64,000 nucleotides of DNA. Origin: a virus. Positions 11,001-20,763 of this stretch are shown here, in pieces (position 1 is the stretch's first letter; every line of letters starts with the position of its first letter). The stretch lies in the IMG/VR virus record IMGVR_UViG_3300009593_002680. One strand, 5' to 3'. The notes under the pieces are model-generated. The model did not search any database, was not told where the DNA came from, and saw nothing but the letters and a program-made list of their open reading frames with translations. The translations under genes were made by a program, and so were the position numbers.

Positions 11001-14000
11001 AAAAGAGAGTTTAATGACTTTTATAATACAATAGTTGGAAGAAGGTTAACCACTGGTCACCCAGATGGAGTTTTAACACCTGGTAGTATTTTCTCCAAAG
11101 CAGATTTTGATAAATTGGTAAGTTTCCTTAAAGGGTTTGAATCTTATACACAACCTGTAAACAGATATCACAATCCTAATTTATATAATGATGATAGTTA
11201 TGAAGAAAATTCATTAAGCAAATACACATTATTGTTAAGAAGAAGATTTGAATATTTAGAAAATCAGTTTGATAGTGACAAATCATTAGCAACACAATCT
11301 CTAGAGAGAATGTCTAAATTAGTAGAAACTTATTATCAAGAAAATCAATCAGGACAGTTTGAATGGCCCGACATATTTGGTATAGATGAATTAGAATTAA
11401 GAAATCCAGAACCAACTGATCCTAGAGTTAAAAAAATGTCTGAAGAAGATAAAGATACAATATTAGATTTATATGGAGACAATGACGGAACACCTTATTT
11501 AGGAATAAATTCGTATAAAGTAGAAAGAATTCAAAGTTCATTAGATGATATTGCTAGAGGTGATGTAGAACGAAGAACAATTTCTAATATGAGTGAATTT
11601 GTTACAGATAGTATTAGAGAGGCACTAGGAGCCTATTATAGAAACAAAGAAAGATATCCAGAGTATTACAAATTTGAAGAAGTTAAAAATCTTATTAAAG
11701 AAAGATTTGAAGGCTTGCGAGATTTTATGCGAGGCATTGACAAAATTTTTGTAGATAATGGATTTGATAGTCAAGATGAAATTATTAAACGTAAGCAACA
11801 AATAGACAAAGACGCAAAAGAATTTGCAAAACTTCAGAGGAATAAACCTTTAGCAACTGTTAATTTACCTTCCCATTCTATAATGTATATGGACAACATT
11901 TCATATGAAAGATTTGAAGAGTATGTTGACGAAAGAGAAAATTCAGATGATACTGATGCACCAGTGAATACTGCAAGAGATGTAGTTAAAAAAATAATTG
12001 CGGGTGCTAGGCAAGTGAATGGTCATGTAAATTCCGGACATGCATCAATATATGTAGTACCAGCGGCACATTGGGGTCCATGTGGAGATGCTGTTAATGG
12101 AATGGAAATTATTAAACTACAACAACGAGTTGGTAACATGTCCCAAGCATGGCGTGTAAAAAATTACCATGCCTTGCTTGAAAAGTTTGCAGAAACATAT
12201 CAAGAAAATTTCGAACGATTACAAAGGACAGACTTATATAAAGTTATTGATGGAACAGATAGGTCAAAATTAAGCAAACACTTTGGAATACAGTTTACTG
12301 GTAAATTAGATGGTAGAACAGGAATGGGAGATGTAGAAGACTTAATCCCAAGAGAGAAGTTAAACAATAAGTATTCAGGTGAACCATTAGATAGAAATAG
12401 TGCTATTAGTTGGGCTATAAACAATGACGAAAATGAGAAGAAACAATTCCACGCATATGATTTTGCAAAGTATCACGGTAACGAAGCAGATAAAATTAAA
12501 GAACTAGTTGCTAAAGAAATGAAAGACAACGATAGAAGTTTTGGTGTTGCTATACAAAAAGTAATGGAGCGAAGTCCAAAAGGCGTAATGGTAATAGATA
12601 ATGACAAAATTGCAAAAGCGGCTGGTGTTGAACACATGGAACGTGAAGCATCTAACACTATTCAAGATGCCACAAATTGGGGCAACCTAGCAGACTTCTT
12701 TAAAATAGAAAGAGGTGTAGACAATCAAGGTCCAAACATGTTAGAGAAAGTTTCTAGAACATTTGACGGTGACCATAATTGGAGACCAGAGCCAAACCCA
12801 GATGCTTGTTGTTTGGAAAGATGGGTAGCATGTGTAAAACATGCCACCGAGTATATCAAAATGAATTATACAGTTAGTGCTGGAAACTATTTTAGAAAAG
12901 AAAATGACGGCAGTCCGGGTGATGACGTAGGTTCTATTTATGGTGATTCAGGAAGTAATCCTCCACCAAGCAGAAGAGGACGAGCAGATGGTGTCGGCAT
13001 CACATATAATAGCGATGAAGAAGTAACTGAACAAGATTACGAAAAAGTCAGATCCGAATATATTGATTTTGATAGGATGATGAATGCGGGTATGCAAAAT
13101 TATATGGTCAGACCCGACGTAAACTTATTGGTAGGTTTCTTGAAGAATCCAAACAATGATGAGGAATTCAAACAGGCTGTTTTACAAAGCATGATGAAAG
13201 AAAAATTACTAGGTTCAGAACCAAACGATTGGCAAGGTCATTTAGCAAGAGCCAGACAGTTTTATGCAGATAGATATAATGAGAGTGTTTTTGATAGATT
13301 CGATAAACTACCTTTACAAGAACAATTAATTATTTTAGAAAAATCAACTGTATTATCTGAGATAAGTGATACTAAAAAACGTGAACTAGAATATGAATTA
13401 AGGAATGAACCTAAAAATAACTATGCTGTAATTATAAATGGTAAAACGTGGAAAATAGTTTCTAGTGAAGACAGAGCAAAAAAGATGGTTAACACACTTG
13501 TAGGAAAAGGCAAAGATGCTAGGTATAGTGAAACAGGTCAACCAGTTAATGAAAGTGTACCAACTATTAAAACAACAAAAATTTTAAATGATATATTAGC
13601 AGACCATTTTCCAGTAGGTGACCTTAAGAAACAAATGTTAGCCTTTCATGCTATACCTATTCCTCAAATGTTAAATCAGTTTAGAGAGTTAAGAGGAGAA
13701 GCAGGTGATGATGCATGTGCAAGAGGCATTGTAAGATACTATGTAAATGCATTACCAAAAGAACAACAAGACCAAATAGAGTTAAATGAATGGGCAAAAA
13801 GCAAAGTTAGAAGTTTAATAGAATCCAAAGGTATTATGGGCAGAGTACAAGGTGATACTTTTTTAAAAGGAGATGATAGATTAGAGTTTCAAAGTGTAAC
13901 TTTATACCCTACAGAAGAAATGGAGTTTAACTCTCCTGAACAAAGAGATGATTTTATACAACAATTAGAACAAGAACTAAACAGTCAAATAGAATGGACA

Positions 14001-15149
14001 AATACTCCTAATAAAGGTAGTTTAGCATTTGGTGTGGCAATACTAACAGACCCTGCATTAGATGATAAAATAACATATTGGGGAAGATACTTTAAACAAA
14101 AAACAGCAGATATGATGGGTAAATGGAGCAATAGCCAAGTACCTGTGGGTTGGAAACTACAAACTGCTGGAGCAATGAAGTTAGATATTGGTATTGATCC
14201 ACAGCACTTGATTAAAACAGATGACCCCTTTAATGGTGTCTTAGACGTCATACAAGCAGTCAAAACTAACTCTGCCGGTAATGAACTATCTGAATCATTA
14301 GTCAACGCACTAGAGACTATACATACGCAAGAACACCCAGTATTTCCAGGTCAAATAGCAAACTTACCAGCATTAAGAGATTATTTTGGTGAGATTATGG
14401 GTCCAGTAGCATTAATGAGTGAAATGGTAGGTGGACAGGCAGATAATGCCAAAGCAGATTTATTAAAAGGTTTACCTTGGTCAAATTGTAGTATATTTTG
14501 GCACATGGCGATGAATGCCCCACTAGTTGATAGTTACTTTACAGCACCAGACGGTACTAGAGTAGGTATTAGTAGTAAAGGCGGTAAAGGTGCAAAAGCA
14601 AGTGTTAAAAATATACAAGATGCTATATTAAAAGCACCAGAAGAATTAAAAGCACAATATCCTACAACAGTTAATGTTATTAATATTGTACAAAGCAATA
14701 GTGCTAAAGATGGTCCATTTAGATTAGCAGAATTATATAATATTTTACCACAAGGATTAGAAGAAGAAATAAATGGATATATTCAAGAAGGAAAACAAGA
14801 CTATGCTGGATTAAGTCCTGCATGTACAGAATTATTCAATTACGGAACACCAAGACAAGATGTACCAGGATTTAATACAGGTTATGCTATGTTGGCTCTA
14901 CTTGCTAAAAAAGTAACAAAAGCAATAAACACATCAGGTCCAGAATTTGGACAAGGCTGTGTAGCATTCCTTAACCAATCCAGCATTGTACAGTTGTATT
15001 GCAAAATGGGTAAAATGGGTGACGATGCTAGAGTAACAGGATGGGAGGCTGTATATCCGCCAAACTTCCAAGGTACAGTAGAAATAGATGGCAGTAAAAA
15101 TTACTACAGTTCGAGAATAGGTGGTAAGTTTGCCTTTGGATTTAAGTAA
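8091..15149 (+). CDS. Giant 2352-aa multidomain protein with an Amidoligase_2 (COOH-NH2 ligase) domain
   Basis: GWEAE, VETDSSI, GAEIISPV, TNNSTGLHITMS, KFRSIHF and IEFRIGGG motifs; very acidic segment; separate C-terminal module. Confidence 0.7.
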   Translation: MKFKDVKTLESILLEYGMKSGSSTPTAQQQTGSNAKANKTKSPTTSNTPKKADQGSPTVGDKNAPEPIEPQQQSAKDIEKDAVIVGKDNKNKKVVSPVGQGNLPDAMVVQDDDGEYEVIDQNEKVDALSPEDAEQVGKDPSLLAKGKGAFGAGAGAVDTIANLMASKDPNVKEGKIRKRINKKALNKLKPRVRQEKGRVKKLAKIGLKEAPEKLFEINFRNKDVINSSLDAQIRCGWEAETVWENISGPSDDIDNLTLNEVDEQFGGVDWDGLSESYTEWLYDNKVEEFIDDLIQEFINEREDDEDYINEFIEDEGIEESDWDDYREGVLRTEYGDERFEEEGADELSELYGYEDENWAREYVDEYRGSDFREYLRNIAEEDDDIKQAAYEEASENYDYDDYINDTYYSMSEFCDNWDIDYSSGGNLEEVADKLEDWISGQSAFHDHRPDTGSYGDTSGDTTEYAVETDSSIDGYGTGAEIISPVFSTPRRMLKEMDKFFKFLQGEGVVTNNSTGLHITMSYFPQEGETVSHEEGSSNVTANKVKMAVLLGDQYLLSQWGRDRNTYTKSQLKELQTAIQNLKREGRGTDAIKEAEKFLAKHISEDKFRSIHFKGQTDQKTKTKLIEFRIGGGEDYHEEFKKVFSSVVRYATTMIAGHTDQYQGDYVKALLRLMNNMDKIATSDEEEVENLKNQHSDYAGHPILDTHKAIVGAKHYLDFTQKMLNSMEDLHKASLYLDPKADKKWKKEWVDFLKGTGSNLDDYDSKIRKALDKIPGKKITEDKDREDQSIKAYMQPETTPPSERASDRRKDGLRKFSEAMGMVAVDISNKTARSQPNAKSIGALRSFLKEHEISDTELDLNIRNALTDINFGSGEDTKNTQKAKLETLRHGINTLIQRDIISRPDYATSPQVEAMAKGLWNAFNDEKFDDRARKELIQLVINMRTGDLSQGSVDDTEVKRDVAILLDQAKDKREFNDFYNTIVGRRLTTGHPDGVLTPGSIFSKADFDKLVSFLKGFESYTQPVNRYHNPNLYNDDSYEENSLSKYTLLLRRRFEYLENQFDSDKSLATQSLERMSKLVETYYQENQSGQFEWPDIFGIDELELRNPEPTDPRVKKMSEEDKDTILDLYGDNDGTPYLGINSYKVERIQSSLDDIARGDVERRTISNMSEFVTDSIREALGAYYRNKERYPEYYKFEEVKNLIKERFEGLRDFMRGIDKIFVDNGFDSQDEIIKRKQQIDKDAKEFAKLQRNKPLATVNLPSHSIMYMDNISYERFEEYVDERENSDDTDAPVNTARDVVKKIIAGARQVNGHVNSGHASIYVVPAAHWGPCGDAVNGMEIIKLQQRVGNMSQAWRVKNYHALLEKFAETYQENFERLQRTDLYKVIDGTDRSKLSKHFGIQFTGKLDGRTGMGDVEDLIPREKLNNKYSGEPLDRNSAISWAINNDENEKKQFHAYDFAKYHGNEADKIKELVAKEMKDNDRSFGVAIQKVMERSPKGVMVIDNDKIAKAAGVEHMEREASNTIQDATNWGNLADFFKIERGVDNQGPNMLEKVSRTFDGDHNWRPEPNPDACCLERWVACVKHATEYIKMNYTVSAGNYFRKENDGSPGDDVGSIYGDSGSNPPPSRRGRADGVGITYNSDEEVTEQDYEKVRSEYIDFDRMMNAGMQNYMVRPDVNLLVGFLKNPNNDEEFKQAVLQSMMKEKLLGSEPNDWQGHLARARQFYADRYNESVFDRFDKLPLQEQLIILEKSTVLSEISDTKKRELEYELRNEPKNNYAVIINGKTWKIVSSEDRAKKMVNTLVGKGKDARYSETGQPVNESVPTIKTTKILNDILADHFPVGDLKKQMLAFHAIPIPQMLNQFRELRGEAGDDACARGIVRYYVNALPKEQQDQIELNEWAKSKVRSLIESKGIMGRVQGDTFLKGDDRLEFQSVTLYPTEEMEFNSPEQRDDFIQQLEQELNSQIEWTNTPNKGSLAFGVAILTDPALDDKITYWGRYFKQKTADMMGKWSNSQVPVGWKLQTAGAMKLDIGIDPQHLIKTDDPFNGVLDVIQAVKTNSAGNELSESLVNALETIHTQEHPVFPGQIANLPALRDYFGEIMGPVALMSEMVGGQADNAKADLLKGLPWSNCSIFWHMAMNAPLVDSYFTAPDGTRVGISSKGGKGAKASVKNIQDAILKAPEELKAQYPTTVNVINIVQSNSAKDGPFRLAELYNILPQGLEEEINGYIQEGKQDYAGLSPACTELFNYGTPRQDVPGFNTGYAMLALLAKKVTKAINTSGPEFGQGCVAFLNQSSIVQLYCKMGKMGDDARVTGWEAVYPPNFQGTVEIDGSKNYYSSRIGGKFAFGFK

Positions 15150-15150
15150 T

Positions 15151-16152
15151 ATGCGATTAATAGAATTACAGATAGAACGTCCAAAGTCAGACAAAAACTT
15201 CCCAAGAAATATAATGCCTCAAATAAGAAAAGGCGATATACAAGATTCACCTTTTGAATACTCTAAAGAAAAAATAGATATAGAGAAACTAATGCCTGTA
15301 CAAAACCAACGTGTACAAGGTATGCATGATAGAGCAAAGAAGGGTTTTGATGATGGTAGCATAAGACCTATTGTAGTTGATAAAAATAATTATATTGTAA
15401 ATGGACATCATAGATTTGATGTTGCATTACAAATGGGTTTAAAGAAAATTAAAATATTAAGAGTTGATGCTACAATAGAAGACTTAATTGACCACTTTAG
15501 TAATACATCAAGTGATGCACCTACATTTGAAGAAATAATGAAACTAAAGTTAGCAAAAGCAATGGAAGGTGATGTTGTAGATTTCCCTGGAACGTATTAT
15601 AAAAAGGAATATGTTACTATAAATGGCGTAAAGATGCTCAGAGATGTTTGGGACTATATGAGCCAAGACAGAGAACATGCCCATGGATATGATGATAATT
15701 ATGTTCCAACCCATAAAGGTCTCACTAATTTTACAGGCGATGAAGATCCAAGAATTTTAAAGAGAGCATATCAAATGGAATTGAGAAACTTTATAGATGA
15801 ACTTGAAAACAATGACTTTGATATGGACCCACAACCATTTATAGATGAACTAGACCGAATAGATGAAGATTGGGCAGAAAGATACAATCTAAATCCTAGT
15901 GTTAAAAAATATGTAGATGATAACTTATGGAAATTGTCTACTGTAGACGTAAAAGATTTAGATGACGAAGCACACGATGACCAATTTGGTAGAGTAATTG
16001 ATGTTGACCCAGAAGATGCAGATAGTGTCCATTTAGATGACCCAATAATAGTACATGCTGATGGAAAAACAGTACTAGATGGCTTTCATAGAGTTTATAA
16101 AGCAAAAGAGTTAGACGTAAAAGTATTACCAGCATATATACCTAAGCAGTAA
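15151..16152 (+). CDS. Protein with two ParB/Srx-like domains
   Basis: PIVVDKNNYIVNGHHR and PIIVHADGKTVLDGFHR; likely start ATG 15151. Confidence 0.75.
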   Translation: MRLIELQIERPKSDKNFPRNIMPQIRKGDIQDSPFEYSKEKIDIEKLMPVQNQRVQGMHDRAKKGFDDGSIRPIVVDKNNYIVNGHHRFDVALQMGLKKIKILRVDATIEDLIDHFSNTSSDAPTFEEIMKLKLAKAMEGDVVDFPGTYYKKEYVTINGVKMLRDVWDYMSQDREHAHGYDDNYVPTHKGLTNFTGDEDPRILKRAYQMELRNFIDELENNDFDMDPQPFIDELDRIDEDWAERYNLNPSVKKYVDDNLWKLSTVDVKDLDDEAHDDQFGRVIDVDPEDADSVHLDDPIIVHADGKTVLDGFHRVYKAKELDVKVLPAYIPKQ

Positions 16153-16159
16153 ATATACC

Positions 16160-16167
16160 AATAAATA
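16160..16167 (+). promoter_or_regulatory. Late promoter box AATAAATA (predicted leaderless)
   Basis: 6 nt before ATG 16174. Confidence 0.6.
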
Positions 16168-16173
16168 TGTGTT

Positions 16174-17484
16174 ATGCAAATAGCACACATCCAAAATCCT
16201 TTTTATGAGTTTATTAAGTCTTGTAATGAGCCTTGGATAGATATTGACAATATTCCAAGAACTAGTAGAGACCATATACTTGGTACATGTACATTTTTTG
16301 ATACATATTGGAAAGACATTAATAAGATAAGCAACTATATTCCTACATTATATATTATAAGTTTAGATGGTATAGGCTCTAAAGAGTTATATAAGATTTG
16401 GGAAAAACATCATTTAACAAATAAAACACTAATACCTGAGCATATTATAAACAATGATAAAGCAGTAATACTATTTGATAATAGTGCTGAAGGACATTGT
16501 GATGAATATATGTTTAAGTTCGTATCTCAAGTAGTTGACATGTATAAGTTAAATCCTAACACAACATTTTATGGTAATAGTGCTATTAATATTAAAGAAA
16601 TACACGAAAAGACAGACTATAAAAATTTTAAAACAATGTATCTTGCTAATTTTCAGGAAGATACTATGGCAGAATTATATGACGAATTAAAAGATTTAGA
16701 AGTTACATATGATAATAAAACTAATTTGTTTAGTTGTTTAAATAATGCTCCAAAACCACACAGAGCATTATTGCTAGGTGCTATACCAAATACAGTAGAT
16801 AGTTTAATTAGTACTCCAACTGTAGACTGGCAAGACATACATTCTAATACTATTGAATACTTGTTAGAGCAATCAGAGAGAAAACAAATATCTGCAGATG
16901 ATTTTGACGAAGGATTAAAATATTTAAACAGTTTAAAAGAATCGTATCCTAGAACAATAGATGATAGAACAGATGATGTTGTACACATGAAACAAGTTTC
17001 TGCAGACAATGACTTTATTAACAAATTATTAGATTGTGATTTTCAGTTAATTACAGAAACTTTTTGTGACCACACATTAGTAATTACAGAAAAAATCTTT
17101 AAAGCAATAATTATGAAACAACCTTTTGTAATTTTAGGACCTAACAGAATATATAAATTCTTACAACAACGTGGATATAAAACATTCGACCATTTACTTG
17201 GCTTAAACACATGGAAAGGTACAAGTAATTATGATAGTGAAACTAATGTTATTAGCAAAATAAAGTTTTTAATACAGCATTTAGAGACATTATCCATGTA
17301 TAAAGACAATAATACACAATGGCAAGAGATAGAACAAAAGAATAAATTAGATGCAGAACATAATTTTGAAGTATTTAAAACTAATATGAATAAAATTATA
17401 GGCTCTGCCACTGACGGTTTAGATAGTTGGTTAGAAAATTATGAAGATTTTAATATGCTTTTTGAAATTGATATAGATAAATAG
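16174..17484 (+). CDS. Hypothetical protein, possibly glycosyltransferase-like
   Basis: LITET...ITEKIFKAI...QPFVILG...GYKTF motif typical of marine phage GT-like proteins. Confidence 0.5.
   Translation: MQIAHIQNPFYEFIKSCNEPWIDIDNIPRTSRDHILGTCTFFDTYWKDINKISNYIPTLYIISLDGIGSKELYKIWEKHHLTNKTLIPEHIINNDKAVILFDNSAEGHCDEYMFKFVSQVVDMYKLNPNTTFYGNSAINIKEIHEKTDYKNFKTMYLANFQEDTMAELYDELKDLEVTYDNKTNLFSCLNNAPKPHRALLLGAIPNTVDSLISTPTVDWQDIHSNTIEYLLEQSERKQISADDFDEGLKYLNSLKESYPRTIDDRTDDVVHMKQVSADNDFINKLLDCDFQLITETFCDHTLVITEKIFKAIIMKQPFVILGPNRIYKFLQQRGYKTFDHLLGLNTWKGTSNYDSETNVISKIKFLIQHLETLSMYKDNNTQWQEIEQKNKLDAEHNFEVFKTNMNKIIGSATDGLDSWLENYEDFNMLFEIDIDK
17476..17483 (+). promoter_or_regulatory. Late promoter box GATAAATA (predicted leaderless)
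   Basis: 5 nt before ATG 17489. Confidence 0.7.
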
Positions 17485-17488
17485 TAGT

Positions 17489-17680
17489 ATGAAAATTAAA
17501 GATATCATAATTAATGAAACAGCATCAGTAGGAGGCATGAGTGCAGGAGCAGTTGCAACAGTAGTTAAGCCTATTGCTAATGATGTCCAACGTGTTGTTC
17601 AAAAACCTAAGAAACCTAAAAAGATAGGCAAAAAGAAACCAGGACCTAAAGGTAAAAAAAGTACTTTACTAAGGAGATAG
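17489..17680 (+). CDS. Small probable virion protein
   Basis: MKIKDIIINETASVGGMSAGAVATV followed by a K-rich tail. Confidence 0.6.
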   Translation: MKIKDIIINETASVGGMSAGAVATVVKPIANDVQRVVQKPKKPKKIGKKKPGPKGKKSTLLRR

Positions 17681-17681
17681 C

Positions 17682-17900
17682 ATGAGAATAGTTGTTTCTA
17701 AACATGGCCCAACGTTTTGCAGTTCTAAAGAGTTTCAGTTATTTGACAAACTTCGTCACGAAAAAGGTATATATGAATGTAACCTTTCTGAAAATGATAT
17801 ACACACATGTAATGAATTAAGACAAAGAGGTTTAGTTTTAAAAATTAATGATAATGGTCAAACAAAATACAAAGTCTACCCGCAAGAAGAGACTAACTAA
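17682..17900 (+). CDS. Hypothetical protein
   Basis: GGAG SD; operonic. Confidence 0.65.
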   Translation: MRIVVSKHGPTFCSSKEFQLFDKLRHEKGIYECNLSENDIHTCNELRQRGLVLKINDNGQTKYKVYPQEETN

Positions 17901-18342
17901 AAAGCAGAAAGAAGCAATCGCTTCAAAATTAGAAAATACTGTAAAAGGTGTTAGCAAAAGAGGTTTATTTTTTAAATCAAAAGATAAATTTGGCGAATGG
18001 ACTATTGTAGATGGTAAAACAAAACAAGAAGTTTTTAAGAATATTATATTAGTAGAGTCTGCTAATATGATGCTTAAAACACTTAACAAAGCAAATCCTA
18101 AGCAATTACAAAAAATAATACCAAGTTTTCACGAAACACTATATGCATATCAACAACCAATATGGAAACATATGAATGATATATTCTTTTATAAGCACAC
18201 AATGAAAACCACTAAAGATACTACTTTATTCCATGCCACAGAGGCAAGAGTAGATATGTCATTAATGAAATTACGTCATAGTAGAGAAGAATTACACAGT
18301 AAATTAGACATAAATTCACTCCACGGCATACACCTAGCCTAA
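17848..18342 (+). CDS. Hypothetical protein (start uncertain)
   Basis: 164-aa ORF in operon. Confidence 0.6.
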   Translation: MIMVKQNTKSTRKKRLTKKQKEAIASKLENTVKGVSKRGLFFKSKDKFGEWTIVDGKTKQEVFKNIILVESANMMLKTLNKANPKQLQKIIPSFHETLYAYQQPIWKHMNDIFFYKHTMKTTKDTTLFHATEARVDMSLMKLRHSREELHSKLDINSLHGIHLA

Positions 18343-18380
18343 ACCCGTCCAAATAAAAACGCAAAATTTTTGCGATAATT

Positions 18381-18388
18381 GATAAATA
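18381..18388 (+). promoter_or_regulatory. Late promoter box GATAAATA
   Basis: Intergenic, upstream of ATG 18422. Confidence 0.7.
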
Positions 18389-18421
18389 CAATTAACAAAT
18401 TATCATTATCGGGAAAATAAA

Positions 18422-19729
18422 ATGAAAATTAACAATTTTAACAAAACAGGTTTAGATAAGGTAAACGAATTAAATTCTTACCTTAAAGAAAACCATGGAG
18501 TTAAAGTAAGTGGCTTTCATCCTAAAGCAAGACTTGAAAAAGTCAGAGAACAGGCACAAGCACACGTTATTACTTTAAGAAACTCCAACAAACAATTTAA
18601 TTTAGATCCAGAATACGCAAAGTATTTAGGAGTAAAAGACGTCATAGACGTTATGCTTGAAGAAGGTCTATATGCAGACAGTCCTGCAGTTGCTGGCATG
18701 AAAGAAGAACTTTATGCTACAGTACAGAACTTAATGGACAGTGGCTATACAATGGACGAAGCAAGTAAAGAATGCATGAACAAATTCAGAAAAGATTCCC
18801 GATACGCATATGATGATGAATTTGTTTTACCGATTGTTTTAAAAGCCGCCAAAGACTATTTAGAAAGTTGCGGTAGCACTCATGAGTCGATTGAAGAAGC
18901 ACCTGCAATTAACGAGTTCCTTTTAAGAGAACTTGCTAAAGAATGTGGTGTTGCATTAGAAGACCAAACAAGTATGGTAGCAATAGAAGAAAAATTAAAC
19001 ATGTTTGCTGAAATTAGTGGCAAAAGCAGAGATGCAGTTGTTGAATTTTTAAATACTTTAGAAGAAGATTCTGTAAATGCTGGAATACAAATGTTTGGCA
19101 AGAAAGTTGCAGAACAAAATAAATTTACCGGTGCTAGAAAAGATGCTATTGCTAAAGGCGAAAATAACTTTGAAGTAGATGGTAAGCAATATAAAATCAC
19201 AGGTGATACTTCCGACGAAGAAGAACAAGTAGAAGAAAGTATGTTTGACGACATCATAGATGAAATGTTAGCAGAAGAAGTTAATGTTGAAGAAGCAGAA
19301 GTTATTATGGCGGCTAGAGCATTAGCAGATGATGTACAAGACATGATTGCTAGATTAGGTAAAATGGTAAATGAAGATTTACCTGCAATACAAGACCAAA
19401 TGAGAGCAGAACTAGGAGCAGAAGTTGCCGCTGGTTTCCAAGACTCAATGGTTAGTGCAGTTGATGGACATTTAGCACAAACTAAAGCAACAAAACAAAT
19501 GATGGACGATGCTATTGGAACGTTATCAGGCGAAGCACCTATGGATTCAGGTATGATGGCAGATGAGCCAATTGATGCACCTATGGACGTAGATGCTCCT
19601 GTTGATGCAGAAGTACCAGTAGATGACGCAATGGATGTAAATGATCCTGCGGCGGCTGGACCAGAAGAAGAGCCACTAGGTAGAGCACCTGTAGACGCAC
19701 CAGAGCCTAAAGACCCAGAAGGAGTCTAA
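18422..19729 (+). CDS. Acidic helical protein, possible prohead core/scaffold
   Basis: Very acidic, coiled-coil-like, with a P/D/A-rich tail. Confidence 0.5.
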   Translation: MKINNFNKTGLDKVNELNSYLKENHGVKVSGFHPKARLEKVREQAQAHVITLRNSNKQFNLDPEYAKYLGVKDVIDVMLEEGLYADSPAVAGMKEELYATVQNLMDSGYTMDEASKECMNKFRKDSRYAYDDEFVLPIVLKAAKDYLESCGSTHESIEEAPAINEFLLRELAKECGVALEDQTSMVAIEEKLNMFAEISGKSRDAVVEFLNTLEEDSVNAGIQMFGKKVAEQNKFTGARKDAIAKGENNFEVDGKQYKITGDTSDEEEQVEESMFDDIIDEMLAEEVNVEEAEVIMAARALADDVQDMIARLGKMVNEDLPAIQDQMRAELGAEVAAGFQDSMVSAVDGHLAQTKATKQMMDDAIGTLSGEAPMDSGMMADEPIDAPMDVDAPVDAEVPVDDAMDVNDPAAAGPEEEPLGRAPVDAPEPKDPEGV

Positions 19730-19730
19730 A

Positions 19731-20087
19731 ATGCGAATACGTGACGTATTCCTATTAGAGGCATACTACGATGACTTGCAAGTTGCAATCATGGATAGGC
19801 TTACACAATACTTAGGCAAAGAAGTCAACGATATCCCAACAGATGAATTTAGAATGGCATTAGCAGATGATGGCTTTATGTTAAGTTTTGAAGAAATGAA
19901 AGCCGCAATGGAAGAAATGGGTGTAGTTGCTAACATAGGTCCTGACAGTATTACACCAAAAGGCAAAGTTCCAAATGACCTTGCAGAACCAGAAGGTGAA
20001 GAAGAATTTGCTGAACCAGAAGTAGACGTTGGCGATATGGCTGGCGACCAGGCAATGTCTGCCGTAAAAGACGAACTCCCACAATAA
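19731..20087 (+). CDS. Acidic probable virion protein
   Basis: N-terminus MRIRDVFLLEAY. Confidence 0.55.
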   Translation: MRIRDVFLLEAYYDDLQVAIMDRLTQYLGKEVNDIPTDEFRMALADDGFMLSFEEMKAAMEEMGVVANIGPDSITPKGKVPNDLAEPEGEEEFAEPEVDVGDMAGDQAMSAVKDELPQ

Positions 20088-20093
20088 ACTCCA

Positions 20094-20101
20094 AATAAAT
20101 A
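20094..20101 (+). promoter_or_regulatory. Late promoter box AATAAATA (predicted leaderless)
   Basis: 5 nt before ATG 20107. Confidence 0.65.
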
Positions 20102-20106
20102 CTAGC

Positions 20107-20763
20107 ATGGAAATCCAATCTCTAATGGAGAATATTGTTAGTCGTGCTACCGTTTACGAAAGACATGTAGTACATACAGAATTTTTCACAGATACTTCAA
20201 ATACAATAGCATATGGACTTAATAGTCTTTGGCATCGAGATGTAGAATTAGATAGTTTTAATAGCGGATTTAATTTAGCAGTTGGATGCAGTCACACTTT
20301 TGGTATAGGCGTTAATAACCCTTGGCCCTCATATTTTGTAAACACATACAATGCAGGAGTACCTGGAGCAACTATTTTTGATATGATAGATATTGCATTT
20401 GCAATATATAAAGAAAAGCGATACAACAGATTAATGTTGTTTGCACCACATGGAGAAAGATTAGTAGTTTTTAAAGATGGTAAAGCAGAAGCACTTATGC
20501 CATATAGTGAAAGTTTTGATGACTTTAAAAACATTGACTTAGACACAAAAATGTACTATAATACAAGGTCAGTTAATCATTTATTAGATTTTTGTAAAAA
20601 TGAAAATATTGAACTGCAAATTTTTAATTATAATAGTATAGGATTTCTAAAGGAACATAAAAAGTTAATAGTAGACAAAGGCGCAGATGGCGTCCATTAT
20701 GGCGAAGAAACCCACAAAAATTTTGCAGGATTATTTAATGTTAAAAGAAAAGATACAATATAA
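20107..20763 (+). CDS. SGNH-like hypothetical protein
   Basis: AVGCSHTFG, NAGVPGA and DGVHYG motifs. Confidence 0.55.
   Translation: MEIQSLMENIVSRATVYERHVVHTEFFTDTSNTIAYGLNSLWHRDVELDSFNSGFNLAVGCSHTFGIGVNNPWPSYFVNTYNAGVPGATIFDMIDIAFAIYKEKRYNRLMLFAPHGERLVVFKDGKAEALMPYSESFDDFKNIDLDTKMYYNTRSVNHLLDFCKNENIELQIFNYNSIGFLKEHKKLIVDKGADGVHYGEETHKNFAGLFNVKRKDTI

Noticed and set aside
18360-18374. Palindrome CGCAAAA-T-TTTTGCG before a late promoter, and a 14-bp palindrome at 58005-58018
   Set aside because: Each is a single AT-rich instance with no recurring consensus, so neither can be distinguished from chance or a simple leader hairpin.
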